This document shows positions 53,414-63,999 of a stretch of 64,000 nt of DNA, in pieces. Origin of the DNA: an uncultured Christensenella sp. (GTDB taxonomy: Bacteria > Bacillota > Clostridia > Christensenellales > Borkfalkiaceae). The DNA is taken from the NCBI GenBank assembly GCA_910585785.1, contig CAJUEV010000008.1, positions 682 to 64,681 of the forward strand. The letters run 5' to 3'. The notes below the pieces were generated by a model. It was not told the origin of the DNA. It saw nothing but the letters and a program-made list of their open reading frames with translations, and made no database searches. Within the stretch, counting starts at the first letter, position 1; each line of letters opens with the position of its first letter. The position numbers and the translations under genes are program-made.

Positions 53414-53815
53414 CTATTTGACAAGGTCTTTAAGCGTTTTCGAATTTAAAAAGCCCATTATAACTTCGTCAAGTTCTTTAAAGAGCGGCAACGTCATACA
53501 ACGTCCCGCGTTTTCGCACGGGGCGGCGCCGCTTTCAAGACAGGAAACGGGCGCAAGCGAACCCTCGCCGGAAAGCAAAATTTCCGCCACGGTATAGTCC
53601 TGCGCGCCGCGCGCAAGTTTATAGCCGCCGCTTTTGCCGCGGGCGCTTAAAACCAGCCCCGCCGCCGAAAGCTGCTTTGCCGAACTTTCAAGATATTTCA
53701 AAGACTCGTGCTGGCGCTCGGCAATATCCGCAAGCGAAATAAAACCTTCGCCCTCGTGCCTTGCCAAATCTATCATAACTTTAAGGGCGTTTCTGCCCTT
53801 GGTTGTAATCATCAT
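53414..53815 (-). CDS. Rrf2-family transcriptional regulator (IscR/CymR-like, Cys-ligand motif present)
   Basis: TKGRNALKVMIDLA HTH N-terminus, and CLESGAAPCENAGRC three-Cys cluster-binding motif. Confidence 0.9.
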   Translation of the reverse strand: MMITTKGRNALKVMIDLARHEGEGFISLADIAERQHESLKYLESSAKQLSAAGLVLSARGKSGGYKLARGAQDYTVAEILLSGEGSLAPVSCLESGAAPCENAGRCMTLPLFKELDEVIMGFLNSKTLKDLVK

Positions 53816-53892
53816 AACTTAAACCTTTAAACTTCCTTCTTTTACCGCAAAAAAGCGTTAAACGCGACATATCCGCAGGGCAACCGCTATTT

Positions 53893-54807
53893 TCAGCCGC
53901 CGTACTCTATCATTTTTTCAATACATTTCACCGCTTTTAGGCGCGTTTCCTCGTCAAGAGTAATCTCCTCGCCGCCCGCGCCGGTAAGGCAATTATATAC
54001 GTCGGGCAGGGTTGTAATTTTCATATTATGGCAGACAAGGTCCTTTGAAAGCGGATAAAACTTTTTATCCGGGCATTTATACTGCAAGTGCTCGGCAATG
54101 GCGTTTTCGGTGCCTATTATAAACTCGCCCGCGGAAGATTTTTCCGCAAAGTCCATAATACCCGAGGTCGAACCGACGTAATCGGCGTATTCCACCACTT
54201 CGGGACGGCATTCGGGATGCGCCAAAAACAGCGCTTGCGGGTGCGCCGCCTTAGCCGCAATTATATCAGCCTTTTCCATTCTTGCGTGGGTGGGACATCC
54301 GCCCGACAGAAGTTTAAACTTTTTTTCGGGCACTTGCGAACGCACGTACGAACCTAAATTTATATCCGGTATAAATAAAATATTTTGTTGGGGAATCGCC
54401 CGACAGATTTTTACCGCGCTGGACGACGTAACGCAAACGTCCGCAACCGTTTTAAGTTTTGCCGTGGTGTTTATATACGCGACGACGGCGTAATCGGGGT
54501 AAGATTTTTTAACTTCCGCAATAATTTCTCTGTCCATCTGTTCCGCCATAGGGCAACCCGCGTCCGGATGAGAAAGTATAACTTTTTTTTGCGGGGAAAG
54601 CATTTTTACCGTTTCCGCCATAAAGCGCACGCCGCACATAAGCACCGTGCTTTGGGGCGCCGTTTTGGCTTTTAGCGAAAGCGCGTAACTGTCGCCCGTA
54701 AAATCGGCTATTTCGCAAATTTCTTCCGACATATAACTGTGGGCGAGTATGCACACGTCTTTTTCTTTTTTTAGTTTTAAAATTTTATCTTGTAAATCTT
54801 TAATCAT
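53893..54807 (-). CDS. nadA: Quinolinate synthase
   Basis: LKKEKDVCILAHSYM, GVRFMAET, CPTHARM and PECRPEV motifs. Confidence 0.9.
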   Translation of the reverse strand: MIKDLQDKILKLKKEKDVCILAHSYMSEEICEIADFTGDSYALSLKAKTAPQSTVLMCGVRFMAETVKMLSPQKKVILSHPDAGCPMAEQMDREIIAEVKKSYPDYAVVAYINTTAKLKTVADVCVTSSSAVKICRAIPQQNILFIPDINLGSYVRSQVPEKKFKLLSGGCPTHARMEKADIIAAKAAHPQALFLAHPECRPEVVEYADYVGSTSGIMDFAEKSSAGEFIIGTENAIAEHLQYKCPDKKFYPLSKDLVCHNMKITTLPDVYNCLTGAGGEEITLDEETRLKAVKCIEKMIEYGG

Positions 54808-54941
54808 AGTAATAACCCGTAATTTCGATATAAATTATACTATAATCGCGCCGCGCGGTCAATAATATTCCGCACAAAAATATCGCGCGCCGCGCAGGCA
54901 AAAAATTCCGCCTCCTGCAAAACGGAAGCGGAATTTAATTT

Positions 54942-57047
54942 TTATTTATTTTTGGGTTTTGAAGAAGATTTTGCCGCCGTTTTGGCAGTCGTTTTAGCTG
55001 TCGTCTTCGCCGAAGTTTTTGCAGTCGGCTTCACCGCGGGTTTTGCGGATTTGCCTTCCTGCATAGGCGGAACTTGCGGTATATGCGACAAGTCGTTTTT
55101 TGCCGCTTTATGCTCGCGCGAGATACGTGAACGCACGCTTTTTTCCTCTTTCTTTTCTTCCTCCGTCGCCTCTATATACGGCACCTCGAAAATAGCCGAC
55201 TCAAAGGGGCGCAAATCGAAAGTTAGTTTATAAGGTCTGCCGTCGCACAACTCCTCTTTTGCGGTAATTTCAAGCGGACTGCCGTCGGGATAAGTTGAAA
55301 AAATGCGCTTATACACCCCTTTTACGGGCGCGCCCACGCCCATTTCGTTTCTGTACACGGGCGCAAAATTGCAAACGAAAATCAACGCGTTGTTATAATT
55401 CCACGGGTTGCGCCTTATAAAGGTGAAGATATTGCGGTTATAGTCGCCGCTGTTAATCCACTCGAAGGTTTTGGTGCCGCCGCAATCGTTGAAAAGTACG
55501 GGGCGCTCGCGGTAAATATGAAGCAGCGTGCGCCAGCATTCGAGCACGTCGCGGTGCCCGGCGTCGTCGCAAAGGTGCCAGTCTAAACTTGTTTTAAAGT
55601 TCCACTCCCGCTCCTGCGCAAAATCCTGCCCCATAAACAGCAGTTTTTTGCCGGGGTGCCCAATCATCATAGTGTAGCACGTCTTTAAACTGCCGAATTT
55701 GTCCATTTTGTTGCCGGGGAATTTGTTTATCATACTTCCCTTGCCGTACACAACCTCGTCGTGGGACAAAACAAGCATATAATTTTCGTCGAAAATATAT
55801 TCAAGCGTATGCGTCATCAGTCCGTGATGATAGGGACGGAAAATAGGGTCGGTATTATAATATTTTATGCTGTCGTTCATCCAGCCCATATTCCATTTTA
55901 AGCCGAAACCGAAGCCGCCGTCTTTTGCGGGCTTGGTTATTCCCGCTATAATCGAACTGTCTTCCGCTATCAAAAACGCGTCCGTACGCTGACGGAGAAC
56001 GCTGTTTAAATGGCGGAAAAACTCAAAACTTTCTAAATTTTCGTTTCCGCCGTACATATTTGGACGGTACTCGCCCCTGCCGAAACTGTTGTAAAGCATA
56101 GCCGCGACGGCGTCTACGCGAAGCGCGTCAACGTGGTATTTTTCAACCCAGAAAAACGCGGAAGCAATCAAAAAATTTGAAACTTCCTTTTTGCCCAGGT
56201 CAAACGCCTTTGTGCCCCATTCGGGATATTCCGCACGCAAAGGGTCGCCGTATTCGTAAAGGGGCGTTCCGTCAAAGTTGGCAAGTCCCCAGTCGTCCTT
56301 GGGAAAATGCGCGGGCACCCAGTCCAAAATTACGCCTATGCCGTGCCTGTGCATATAGTCGACAAAATACATAAAATCCTGCGGAGAGCCGTAGCGCGCC
56401 GTGGGGGCGAAATAGCCCGTAACCTGATAGCCCCACGAAGGGTCGAAGGGATACTCGCAAATGCCCATAAGTTCAATATGGGTATAGCCCATCCACTGCA
56501 CGTATTCGCAAAGTTCGTGCGCAAGACGGCGATAATCCAGATATTGGTCCTCGTCCTGCTTCCACGTATCCTTTTTCCAGCTGCCCAAATGCACTTCGTA
56601 AACGCTCATCGGCTTTTCAAGAAAGTTTGCGTCCTTGTTTGCCTTTTTCCACTCGCCGTCTTCCCACTTGTAATCTTCAAGATTAGTCACAACGGAAGCG
56701 TTGCCGGGGCGAAGTTCGGTGCGGTATGCGTAAGGGTCGGTTTTTTGCACTTCCGAGCCGTCCTCGCGGACTACCAGATATTTGTACTTTACGCCTTCGC
56801 ACATTCCCGGTACAAATAACTCCCAAATGCAGTCGTCAACTTTTTCCATAACGTCCCGCCAGGGAGTCCAGCCGTTGCCGTCCGAAATTACGCATATTGC
56901 GCGCGCGTTAGGCGCCCAAACCACAAAGTGCACGCCGCGCACCCCGTTTATCTCGCGTATATGCGCGCCCATTTTGTTATAAAGTTCGTAATGCGTTCCG
57001 TGGTGGAACAGATACCTGTCCAACTCGCCGAAAAATCTGTTTTCCAT
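54942..57047 (-). CDS. glgB: 1,4-alpha-glucan branching enzyme with Lys/Ala/Thr-rich C-terminal tail
   Basis: GH13_9 motifs: GVILDWVPAHF, DALRVDAVAAMLY, LIAEDSS, LSHDEVV. Start is set at MENRF, after GGGGG. Tail: AKPAVKPTAKTSAKTTAKTTAKTAAKSSSKPKNK. Confidence 0.9.
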   Translation of the reverse strand: MENRFFGELDRYLFHHGTHYELYNKMGAHIREINGVRGVHFVVWAPNARAICVISDGNGWTPWRDVMEKVDDCIWELFVPGMCEGVKYKYLVVREDGSEVQKTDPYAYRTELRPGNASVVTNLEDYKWEDGEWKKANKDANFLEKPMSVYEVHLGSWKKDTWKQDEDQYLDYRRLAHELCEYVQWMGYTHIELMGICEYPFDPSWGYQVTGYFAPTARYGSPQDFMYFVDYMHRHGIGVILDWVPAHFPKDDWGLANFDGTPLYEYGDPLRAEYPEWGTKAFDLGKKEVSNFLIASAFFWVEKYHVDALRVDAVAAMLYNSFGRGEYRPNMYGGNENLESFEFFRHLNSVLRQRTDAFLIAEDSSIIAGITKPAKDGGFGFGLKWNMGWMNDSIKYYNTDPIFRPYHHGLMTHTLEYIFDENYMLVLSHDEVVYGKGSMINKFPGNKMDKFGSLKTCYTMMIGHPGKKLLFMGQDFAQEREWNFKTSLDWHLCDDAGHRDVLECWRTLLHIYRERPVLFNDCGGTKTFEWINSGDYNRNIFTFIRRNPWNYNNALIFVCNFAPVYRNEMGVGAPVKGVYKRIFSTYPDGSPLEITAKEELCDGRPYKLTFDLRPFESAIFEVPYIEATEEEKKEEKSVRSRISREHKAAKNDLSHIPQVPPMQEGKSAKPAVKPTAKTSAKTTAKTTAKTAAKSSSKPKNK

Positions 57048-57082
57048 TTTTGCCCCCGTCATATATTTAAATTAAGCGTTTT

Positions 57083-57631
57083 TCAACGCTTTAAATTAAC
57101 TGCCGTAACTTTGCTGAATCCGTTATAACCGCCCACCGAAAAGTCGCTTGTTTCGTCCGCGGCGCGCAAATCGAACGCAATGTCCGCCGCATCCAAATCT
57201 TCCTTGTCTTCCGAAGCGACTATTATAACGCAGCGCAAGTCTTCCTCCGTTTCGCCGAAAAAATCCCCCGCAACGTAATATTTACGCTTTTGCATACCCG
57301 AAATAGGCATAGCCGCAATATGCTCGCCTATAAGCCTTAACATAGAGCGCCTGTCAAGTCGGCATAAAGCAAAATCTTCATAGCAGGATATGTTTTTTAT
57401 AAGGCGGTTTGCCGTCTTTGCGTCGTCGCAAACTTTATAAAAATCTTTCGTCGCCTCAATTGTCGGCGCGTATGCGCTTGCGCCGAAGGCATAAATACCG
57501 GAGTTTCCGCCATCCAAAGATATGCGGTAAAATATCGCCCTGTCCGTTTCGGGCATCAAATTCATTCCAAAAGATTCGCGGATAATTTCGTCAATCAGTT
57601 CGTAATTTATTTTTACTATCGCCGCTTTCAT
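57083..57631 (-). CDS. Hypothetical 182-aa protein between glgB and the GH13 gene
   Basis: Same-strand ORF. No motif recognised. Confidence 0.55.
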   Translation of the reverse strand: MKAAIVKINYELIDEIIRESFGMNLMPETDRAIFYRISLDGGNSGIYAFGASAYAPTIEATKDFYKVCDDAKTANRLIKNISCYEDFALCRLDRRSMLRLIGEHIAAMPISGMQKRKYYVAGDFFGETEEDLRCVIIVASEDKEDLDAADIAFDLRAADETSDFSVGGYNGFSKVTAVNLKR

Positions 57632-57672
57632 AAATTACCCCCGTAATATGCGCCGTTTAAAAGCGTTTTAAA

Positions 57673-59718
57673 TTAAAATTCGTCCTTGAAGTTATAGTAA
57701 TACACGCAAGCGGATTGTTCCGGCAAAGTTACAAACAGCCTGCCGAACCTTACGTTGCCTTCTTCCTCGTCGCAGTTGAAGCCGCCTCCGCCGCAAAAAA
57801 ATTTCCTTTGCATAACCGCGCCGTCGCGGGGAACGCCCAACTCCCATACGGGCACGCTGAGCGAGATGGCGTTATCCGAACAGTTTACTACAACGGCGCA
57901 ACAGCAGTCTTCGTCAAACCTTCCGTACGCGATAAATCCGTTGCCCGCGTCAAGTTTTTTTATGCTGCCACTTTTAAGGCAGGAAATGCGCTTTCTCAAT
58001 TCGATAGCCGCGCGGTGAAACTCAATAAGGTTAAAATCTTCGTTTCCCCACGGATAGGTGCGGCGGTTGTCGGGGTCGGTCCAGCCGACTTGCCCCGCCT
58101 CGTCGCCGTAATATATTCCGGGCGAACCCGGCCACGTCATCTGAATAAGCACGCCAAGTTCAAGCGTGCGCTTGTCTACGTTATATCCCGCGGCGTGCGG
58201 TCCCTTCGTCTTCAAAGTGCCCGCGGTACGGTTTGTTCTTGTAAGAAATCTCGAATGGTCGTGGTTTGAAAGCTGGTTAAGCGCGGAGTCAAGCGCGGGG
58301 CGGGTAAACTTGCTCATATTTTTGAACATACTTTCAAAAAACTGCTTTCCGTCGCACAGTCTGCCCGCGTCAAAACTTTCGCTGTGCTTTTCCATACCCG
58401 TCAAAAACCACGTTACGGGCTCCATAAAGGCGTCGTAGTTCATTACCGAATCCCACTCGCCGCCCAAAATCCAGCTTTCGGGCGAGCCGTAATGCTCGGC
58501 AAATATCAGCGCTTCGGGATTGCTTTGCCTGACCCTGTCGTGAAATTTGCGCCAGAATTTATGGTTGTATTTTTCGCCGTGTCCCAAGTCCGCGGCGACG
58601 TCAAGCCTCCATCCGTCCACGTTGAACGGCGCGGAAACCCACTTTCCGCCCGTAGAGAGTATGTACTCCTCCAAATCGGGACTTTGTTCGTAGTTTAGTT
58701 TGGGCAAAGTCTGATAGCCCCACCACCCCTCGTAATCGCTTTTTGCTTCGGCGGGCTTTTTAAACTTGAAATAGCTTCTGTAAGGGCTTTTAGCCGACTG
58801 ATAAGCGCCGTCCTCGTACCCGTCTTTGTTGAGATAAATCCCCTCTCTGTCCATCCATTTGTTAAACGAGCCGCAATGGTTGAAAACTCCGTCTATAATC
58901 ACGCGCATACCCAACGAATGTATTTCCTTGACAAGGTCGGCGAAATAGGCGTTGCTTTTTTCAAGATTTACGCGTGAAGTAACGCGTTTTATATATTTGG
59001 GAGCATATCCGTTGTGCTTTTCCCAATGCTGCATACGGCGGTCGTCGTCTTCCTCTATAACGGCAAGATGCGGGTCGATATAGTCGTAGTCCTGCGTATC
59101 GTACTTGTGGTTGGAAGGCGAAACGAAAAGGGGATTGAAATAAATTGCCTCCACGCCCAAATGTTTTAAGTAACCCAATTTTTCACGCACGCCCTGCAAG
59201 TCGCCGCCGTAAAAGTTGTTTACGTCAAGCAAGTCGGGATATTTATACCACTCGCGCACGCGGCGGGAATGACCTCCCGTATAATAATATTCGTTGTCCT
59301 CAACGTCGTTAGCCAAATTGCCGTTGCAAAACCTGTCGGGAAAAATCTGATAATACACTATTCCCTTAGCCCAATCGGGCACTTTTTGGTTGGGAACAAA
59401 ACCGAAGTCGTATTCGGGCTGGCTGTTTTCCACCCCGCCCAGACGGTTATAGCAAACCGTATCGTCCTCGTCAACCAGTCTGAAATAATATTTTACGGGT
59501 TTTGACGGGCACTTGAAACAAACTTCGTACCAGTCGAAACTTTCTTCCGTTTTGTACTTTTGCATCAAACGGGTTGCGCCGTTTATTACCGCATAGCACT
59601 TTAAAACGTCGTTGCTTAAAGTGCGCATTCTCAATGTTACCGTATCGCCCGCGCACGGTTCGTACGGGGTTTTGAAAGTCAAAGTTTCGTCGCTGAAAAG
59701 AGCCCTTATGTTTATCAT
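57673..59718 (-). CDS. Glycoside hydrolase family 13 (neopullulanase/cyclomaltodextrinase/amylopullulanase-like)
   Basis: Regions I DGVFNHCG, II DGWRLDVAADL, III IFAEHYG, IV LSNHDHSRF. Confidence 0.85.
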   Translation of the reverse strand: MINIRALFSDETLTFKTPYEPCAGDTVTLRMRTLSNDVLKCYAVINGATRLMQKYKTEESFDWYEVCFKCPSKPVKYYFRLVDEDDTVCYNRLGGVENSQPEYDFGFVPNQKVPDWAKGIVYYQIFPDRFCNGNLANDVEDNEYYYTGGHSRRVREWYKYPDLLDVNNFYGGDLQGVREKLGYLKHLGVEAIYFNPLFVSPSNHKYDTQDYDYIDPHLAVIEEDDDRRMQHWEKHNGYAPKYIKRVTSRVNLEKSNAYFADLVKEIHSLGMRVIIDGVFNHCGSFNKWMDREGIYLNKDGYEDGAYQSAKSPYRSYFKFKKPAEAKSDYEGWWGYQTLPKLNYEQSPDLEEYILSTGGKWVSAPFNVDGWRLDVAADLGHGEKYNHKFWRKFHDRVRQSNPEALIFAEHYGSPESWILGGEWDSVMNYDAFMEPVTWFLTGMEKHSESFDAGRLCDGKQFFESMFKNMSKFTRPALDSALNQLSNHDHSRFLTRTNRTAGTLKTKGPHAAGYNVDKRTLELGVLIQMTWPGSPGIYYGDEAGQVGWTDPDNRRTYPWGNEDFNLIEFHRAAIELRKRISCLKSGSIKKLDAGNGFIAYGRFDEDCCCAVVVNCSDNAISLSVPVWELGVPRDGAVMQRKFFCGGGGFNCDEEEGNVRFGRLFVTLPEQSACVYYYNFKDEF

Positions 59719-59981
59719 TTAACAGTCCTTTGATACGTTTGCCTGATTTCGGCTTAATCCGCGCGTATTTCGCGCGCCGCCTTAGAAATTATAACACGGA
59801 ACGGCGGCTAAGTCAATAAGCATTTGTTTTAAAAACGCGCTTGATTTTTTGCGGCTTATTTAACTCTTTTTCATAAAAATTCCAACCCTTAAAAATGGTA
59901 TTTCTATTGACTTTAATTTATACGTATGATATGATTTATTCGTTTTATAAATTATTGGGGCAAACCCCGAAAGAGTATGGA

Positions 59982-61136
59982 ATGAAACGCAAGAAAAACA
60001 CCCAAAATCCCGATGCGGCTTTGGCGGAACCGCCTGTTGAAGCCGAAAATTTAAACCCGTCAAACGACAATTTATCACCCGCGCAATCACTTGAAGGCGC
60101 GGGTGAAACCGCGATTGCGGCGGAAAACGCTTTAATTGCCGAAAACTTATGCGCACCCGATACGCAAAGCGAAAATAAAGACGAAGCAACGGCGGACAAA
60201 GGCGTGATAGTAAACGGAAAATCGCTTACTAAAAGCCAGCAAAACAAGCGCACTGCGTTAAGGTGGATTTTGATAACCTTAGGCTCGGTGCTTATGTCTG
60301 CAAGCGTGTACTTTTTTCAGGTTCCAAACAACTTTACTTTGGGCGGGATAGGCGGCGTTTCTATTATTTTAAGCAAATTTATAACGCCGTTAAACGAGTT
60401 TACCCAAAAATTTATGACGCAAGCGGTTATTATGGCGATTATAAACGTGTTTTTGCTTGTGGTCGGCTTTATAGTTTTGGGCAAGGGCTGCACGCTGCGC
60501 ACCGTCTATTGCTCGCTTTTGTATACCGCGCTTATTTGGGTGTTTGAGCATTTTAATCTTGTTTCGCTTGTTTCGGGCGGAAAACCCACGCTTACCGACC
60601 AGCCTTTTTTAGAGTTATGTTACGCCATACTGCTTTTCGGCGTGGGCGGCGCGGTAATTTTCAACTGCGGCGCGTCGTCGGGCGGAACGGACATTATAGC
60701 GCTTATTTTAAAAAAGTTTACCCGTCTTAACGTCGGCGTGGCGCTGATGATTGTGGATTTGATTGTAGTTATAGTTTCTATTTTCACTTTCGACAGCGCA
60801 ACCATAGTTTTATTCTCCTTCCTGGGACTGTTTGCAAGAACCTTCCTTCTTGACGGAGTTATAGAAAGTTTGGGCAAAACAAAATATCTTACTATTATAA
60901 CGCAAAATCACGAGCAAATCGGCGAATACATATTAAAATCGGTCAACCACAGTTATACTATGTACGACGCGGAAGGCGGATACACCCGCGAAAGAAAAAA
61001 AGTGCTTGTAACCGTTTGCAAACGCAGCGAAGCGCTTAAAATAAAACTTAAAGTCAGGCAAGTGGACCCGCAGGCGTTCGTAATAATTACCGACGCTAAC
61101 GAAATTTTGGGCAAGGGCTTTGGCGAAACGTTTTAA
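59982..61136 (+). CDS. YitT-family membrane protein with ~100-aa low-complexity N-terminal extension
   Basis: GGIGGVSIILSKF, GASSGGTDIIALILKKF and a C-terminal DUF2179-like domain. Start uncertain (59895 vs 59982). Confidence 0.75.
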   Translation: MKRKKNTQNPDAALAEPPVEAENLNPSNDNLSPAQSLEGAGETAIAAENALIAENLCAPDTQSENKDEATADKGVIVNGKSLTKSQQNKRTALRWILITLGSVLMSASVYFFQVPNNFTLGGIGGVSIILSKFITPLNEFTQKFMTQAVIMAIINVFLLVVGFIVLGKGCTLRTVYCSLLYTALIWVFEHFNLVSLVSGGKPTLTDQPFLELCYAILLFGVGGAVIFNCGASSGGTDIIALILKKFTRLNVGVALMIVDLIVVIVSIFTFDSATIVLFSFLGLFARTFLLDGVIESLGKTKYLTIITQNHEQIGEYILKSVNHSYTMYDAEGGYTRERKKVLVTVCKRSEALKIKLKVRQVDPQAFVIITDANEILGKGFGETF

Positions 61137-61160
61137 ACGTTGTTTTTTTCGGTGAGGGAG

Positions 61161-62096
61161 ATGGACGAAAAAGTAGAAAAACGCAAAAAAGTTTTGCAAC
61201 AAGTATGCTATTGGGCATTAATCAATTTCGGCGCGCTGTTGCTTGCGCTGGGGGTTACGCTTTTTAAAGCGCCAAACAACTTTGCCACGGGCGGAGTAAG
61301 CGGTATTTCTATAATACTCAGCAAGTTTATAACGCCCATAAACTCGTTTACGCAAAAGTTTTTAACACAATCCGTAATAATGTGGATATTGAACGTTATA
61401 TTGCTTGTTTTCGGGTTTATTTTTCTGGGTAAGGGCTGCACCTTCAAAACTGCGTACTGCACGCTTGCTTACACGCTTGAATCTATGCTTTTGCAATACG
61501 TTTTGGAAGCGCTTAAAGTAAATTTGCCGCTTACCGCAACCGAAGCGCTGCCGCAGGGACAGGTTTTTCTTGAATTTGTGCTGGCAATGCTTTTAACGGG
61601 CGCCGGTGCGGCAATACTATTCAACTGCAAGGCGTCGTCGGGCGGAACGGACATTATAGCGCTTATCATAAAAAAATACACAAAAATAAAAAACATAGGC
61701 ATAGCGCTGTTTATAACCGACATAATAATAGCCGCCTCCACCTTCTACATTTTCGGGGTGCAGACGGGTTTGTATTCTATTTTGGGATTGTTTGCAAAGT
61801 CCTTCCTTGTGGACAGCGTAATAGAAAATATAGGCAAAAACAAGTACGTTACAATAATTACGGCAAAGCCCGAACTTATAGCCCCGTTTATTCTTGAAGA
61901 AATGCATCGCGGCTATACCTCGTTTAAGGCGACGGGCGGATTTACGGGGGAAGAAAGAACCGTAATGCTGTGCATATTAAAGCGCGGCGAAGCGCTTAAA
62001 CTTAAACTGAAAATAAAACAAGCCGACCCTCAGGCGTTTGTTATTCTTACCGACACAAACGAAATTTTGGGCAAAGGTTTTCACGCGCACGACTGA
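61161..62096 (+). CDS. YitT-family membrane protein (tandem paralog)
   Basis: GGVSGISIILSKF, KASSGGTDIIALIIKKY and a DUF2179-like C-terminus. Start 61161 (ATG) or 61140 (TTG). Confidence 0.8.
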   Translation: MDEKVEKRKKVLQQVCYWALINFGALLLALGVTLFKAPNNFATGGVSGISIILSKFITPINSFTQKFLTQSVIMWILNVILLVFGFIFLGKGCTFKTAYCTLAYTLESMLLQYVLEALKVNLPLTATEALPQGQVFLEFVLAMLLTGAGAAILFNCKASSGGTDIIALIIKKYTKIKNIGIALFITDIIIAASTFYIFGVQTGLYSILGLFAKSFLVDSVIENIGKNKYVTIITAKPELIAPFILEEMHRGYTSFKATGGFTGEERTVMLCILKRGEALKLKLKIKQADPQAFVILTDTNEILGKGFHAHD

Positions 62097-62166
62097 TTTA
62101 AACGACAATTAAACCGCGGACTGCTATATAAGCAGTCCGCGGTTTTTATTTGACAAATATTTTTTG

Positions 62167-63999
62167 TTAAGCCGATTTAAGTTTTTCTTCCTTAAACTGC
62201 TTTATGTAAAGATTGAAGTAAACGCCGCGCTTTTTCAGAAGTTGTTCGTGAGTGCCGCGCTCCACCACCTTTCCGCCGTCGACGACAAGTATAACGTCCG
62301 CCGAACGCACCGTTGAAAGCCTGTGCGCTATGACAAAACTTGTTCTGCCCTGCATAAGCGTGTCTATCGCTTCCTGTATAAGTTTTTCCGTTATGGTGTC
62401 TATTGAAGACGTTGCCTCGTCAAGCACGAAAATAGCGGGGTTTACAAGTATTGCCCTTGCAAACGACAACAGCTGTTTTTCACCCGTGGAAAGGGAATTT
62501 CCGCCCTCGCCCACAACCGTATCATAGCCGTTTTCAAGCCGCGCTATAATTTTATCCGCGTTTACGCTTTTTACCGCGGCGTCAAGCTCTTCATCGGTTG
62601 CGTCGGGCTTTCCGTAAAGCAAGTTTTCGCGCACCGTGCCCGAAAACAGGTGCGGCGTCTGCAAAACGTAGCCGATATTGGAGTGAAGCCACTGCACCGA
62701 ACGCTCGCGCGCGTCCTTTCCGTCGATTAAAATTTGTCCTTCCGTCGGCTCGAAAAACCTGCAAACCAAATTTACAAGAGTTGATTTGCCCGCGCCGGTT
62801 TCACCGACAATAGCCACGTTTGTGCCCTGCGGCACGTTTAAATTGAAGTGTTCAAGCACGTATTCTTCGCCGTCGGGGTATTTGAAGGTAACGTCGCGGA
62901 ACTCGATATCGCCGTGCAAAGGCTCCCAGTTTTCCTTCTTCATATTGAAGTTGTCGCCGTACTTTTCAATTACTTCGGGCGTGTCCGCAACGTCGCTTAC
63001 CGCTTCCGTAAGCGCGGTAAACCTTTCCATATTTACTTTAATCGAAATCATATCCGCAAACGCTTCAACGGACCATAACACGGGCTCCATAAGTTGCTGC
63101 GCATAAGTCATAAACACCGAAAGGGTGGCTATAAACATTACGTCCTTTGCCGCGATAAATCCGCCGTACCACAAAACCGCGGCAAGCGCCACGGACGAGG
63201 CGAAGGAAATTATTGAAAACAGCAACGCGCGGTGATGCCCCAAGCGCTGGGAAGTTTTGCGCATATCCCTTGTTTTTCCGAAAAAGTCCTTGTCAAGTTT
63301 TTCTTCAATGGCAAGCGTTTTGGTAGTTTCGACCCCCGTAATGCCTTCGTTGAAGCCGCCCGTAATTTCCGAGTTTATTTCGCGCACCCTGCGGTTGAGT
63401 TTTGTAAGTTTTCTGTTGAAGTATACCGAAATAACCGCGATAAACGGCACTATTACTATTACGCACAGCGCCAATAACGGGTTGTAAGCAAGCATAACGG
63501 CAACCGTGCCTATAACGTACGTCAAATTCCATACGCCCTGATTCACGTCCCAGCTTACTATCGAAGAAACGCTTGAAGTGTCGCTCATAATTCTTGCGTG
63601 AAGTTTGCCCACGCTTGTCTGATTGAAGTAGGCAACCGACAGCGTTTGCAGGTGGTTGAAAGCCGACCTGCGCATATCTCTGAGCAAAAACATTTCAAGA
63701 CGGCAACAGCTGTACGAGCCGAAAAAGTCAAGCACAACAGTCACCAACGTTACGGCGACGTAGGCTATTACAAACCAAACCAAGCCGTCAAGAGTTTCCT
63801 TTAAAATAAAGTTTTTTATGGCGTATTCCTGAAACAGCGGCGCAACTATATTAAGCACGCCCGTAAGCATACAGGTTATAACAAGCGTTGCAAACAGCCC
63901 CTTGTATTTTGCAATGTAGGGAACAAGTTTTGGAATACCGAAAAATTTAAGTTTTTTTGTCTGCGCGGTATTTTGCGCTTTATTGTTTTCAGCCTGCAT
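62167..63999 (-). CDS. ABC exporter, fused permease/ATPase (MsbA/type I exporter-like)
   Basis: Six-TM N-terminal domain, Walker A GETGAGKST, signature LSTGEKQLL, Walker B FVLDEATSSID. Confidence 0.9.
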   Translation of the reverse strand: MQAENNKAQNTAQTKKLKFFGIPKLVPYIAKYKGLFATLVITCMLTGVLNIVAPLFQEYAIKNFILKETLDGLVWFVIAYVAVTLVTVVLDFFGSYSCCRLEMFLLRDMRRSAFNHLQTLSVAYFNQTSVGKLHARIMSDTSSVSSIVSWDVNQGVWNLTYVIGTVAVMLAYNPLLALCVIVIVPFIAVISVYFNRKLTKLNRRVREINSEITGGFNEGITGVETTKTLAIEEKLDKDFFGKTRDMRKTSQRLGHHRALLFSIISFASSVALAAVLWYGGFIAAKDVMFIATLSVFMTYAQQLMEPVLWSVEAFADMISIKVNMERFTALTEAVSDVADTPEVIEKYGDNFNMKKENWEPLHGDIEFRDVTFKYPDGEEYVLEHFNLNVPQGTNVAIVGETGAGKSTLVNLVCRFFEPTEGQILIDGKDARERSVQWLHSNIGYVLQTPHLFSGTVRENLLYGKPDATDEELDAAVKSVNADKIIARLENGYDTVVGEGGNSLSTGEKQLLSFARAILVNPAIFVLDEATSSIDTITEKLIQEAIDTLMQGRTSFVIAHRLSTVRSADVILVVDGGKVVERGTHEQLLKKRGVYFNLYIKQFKEEKLKSA

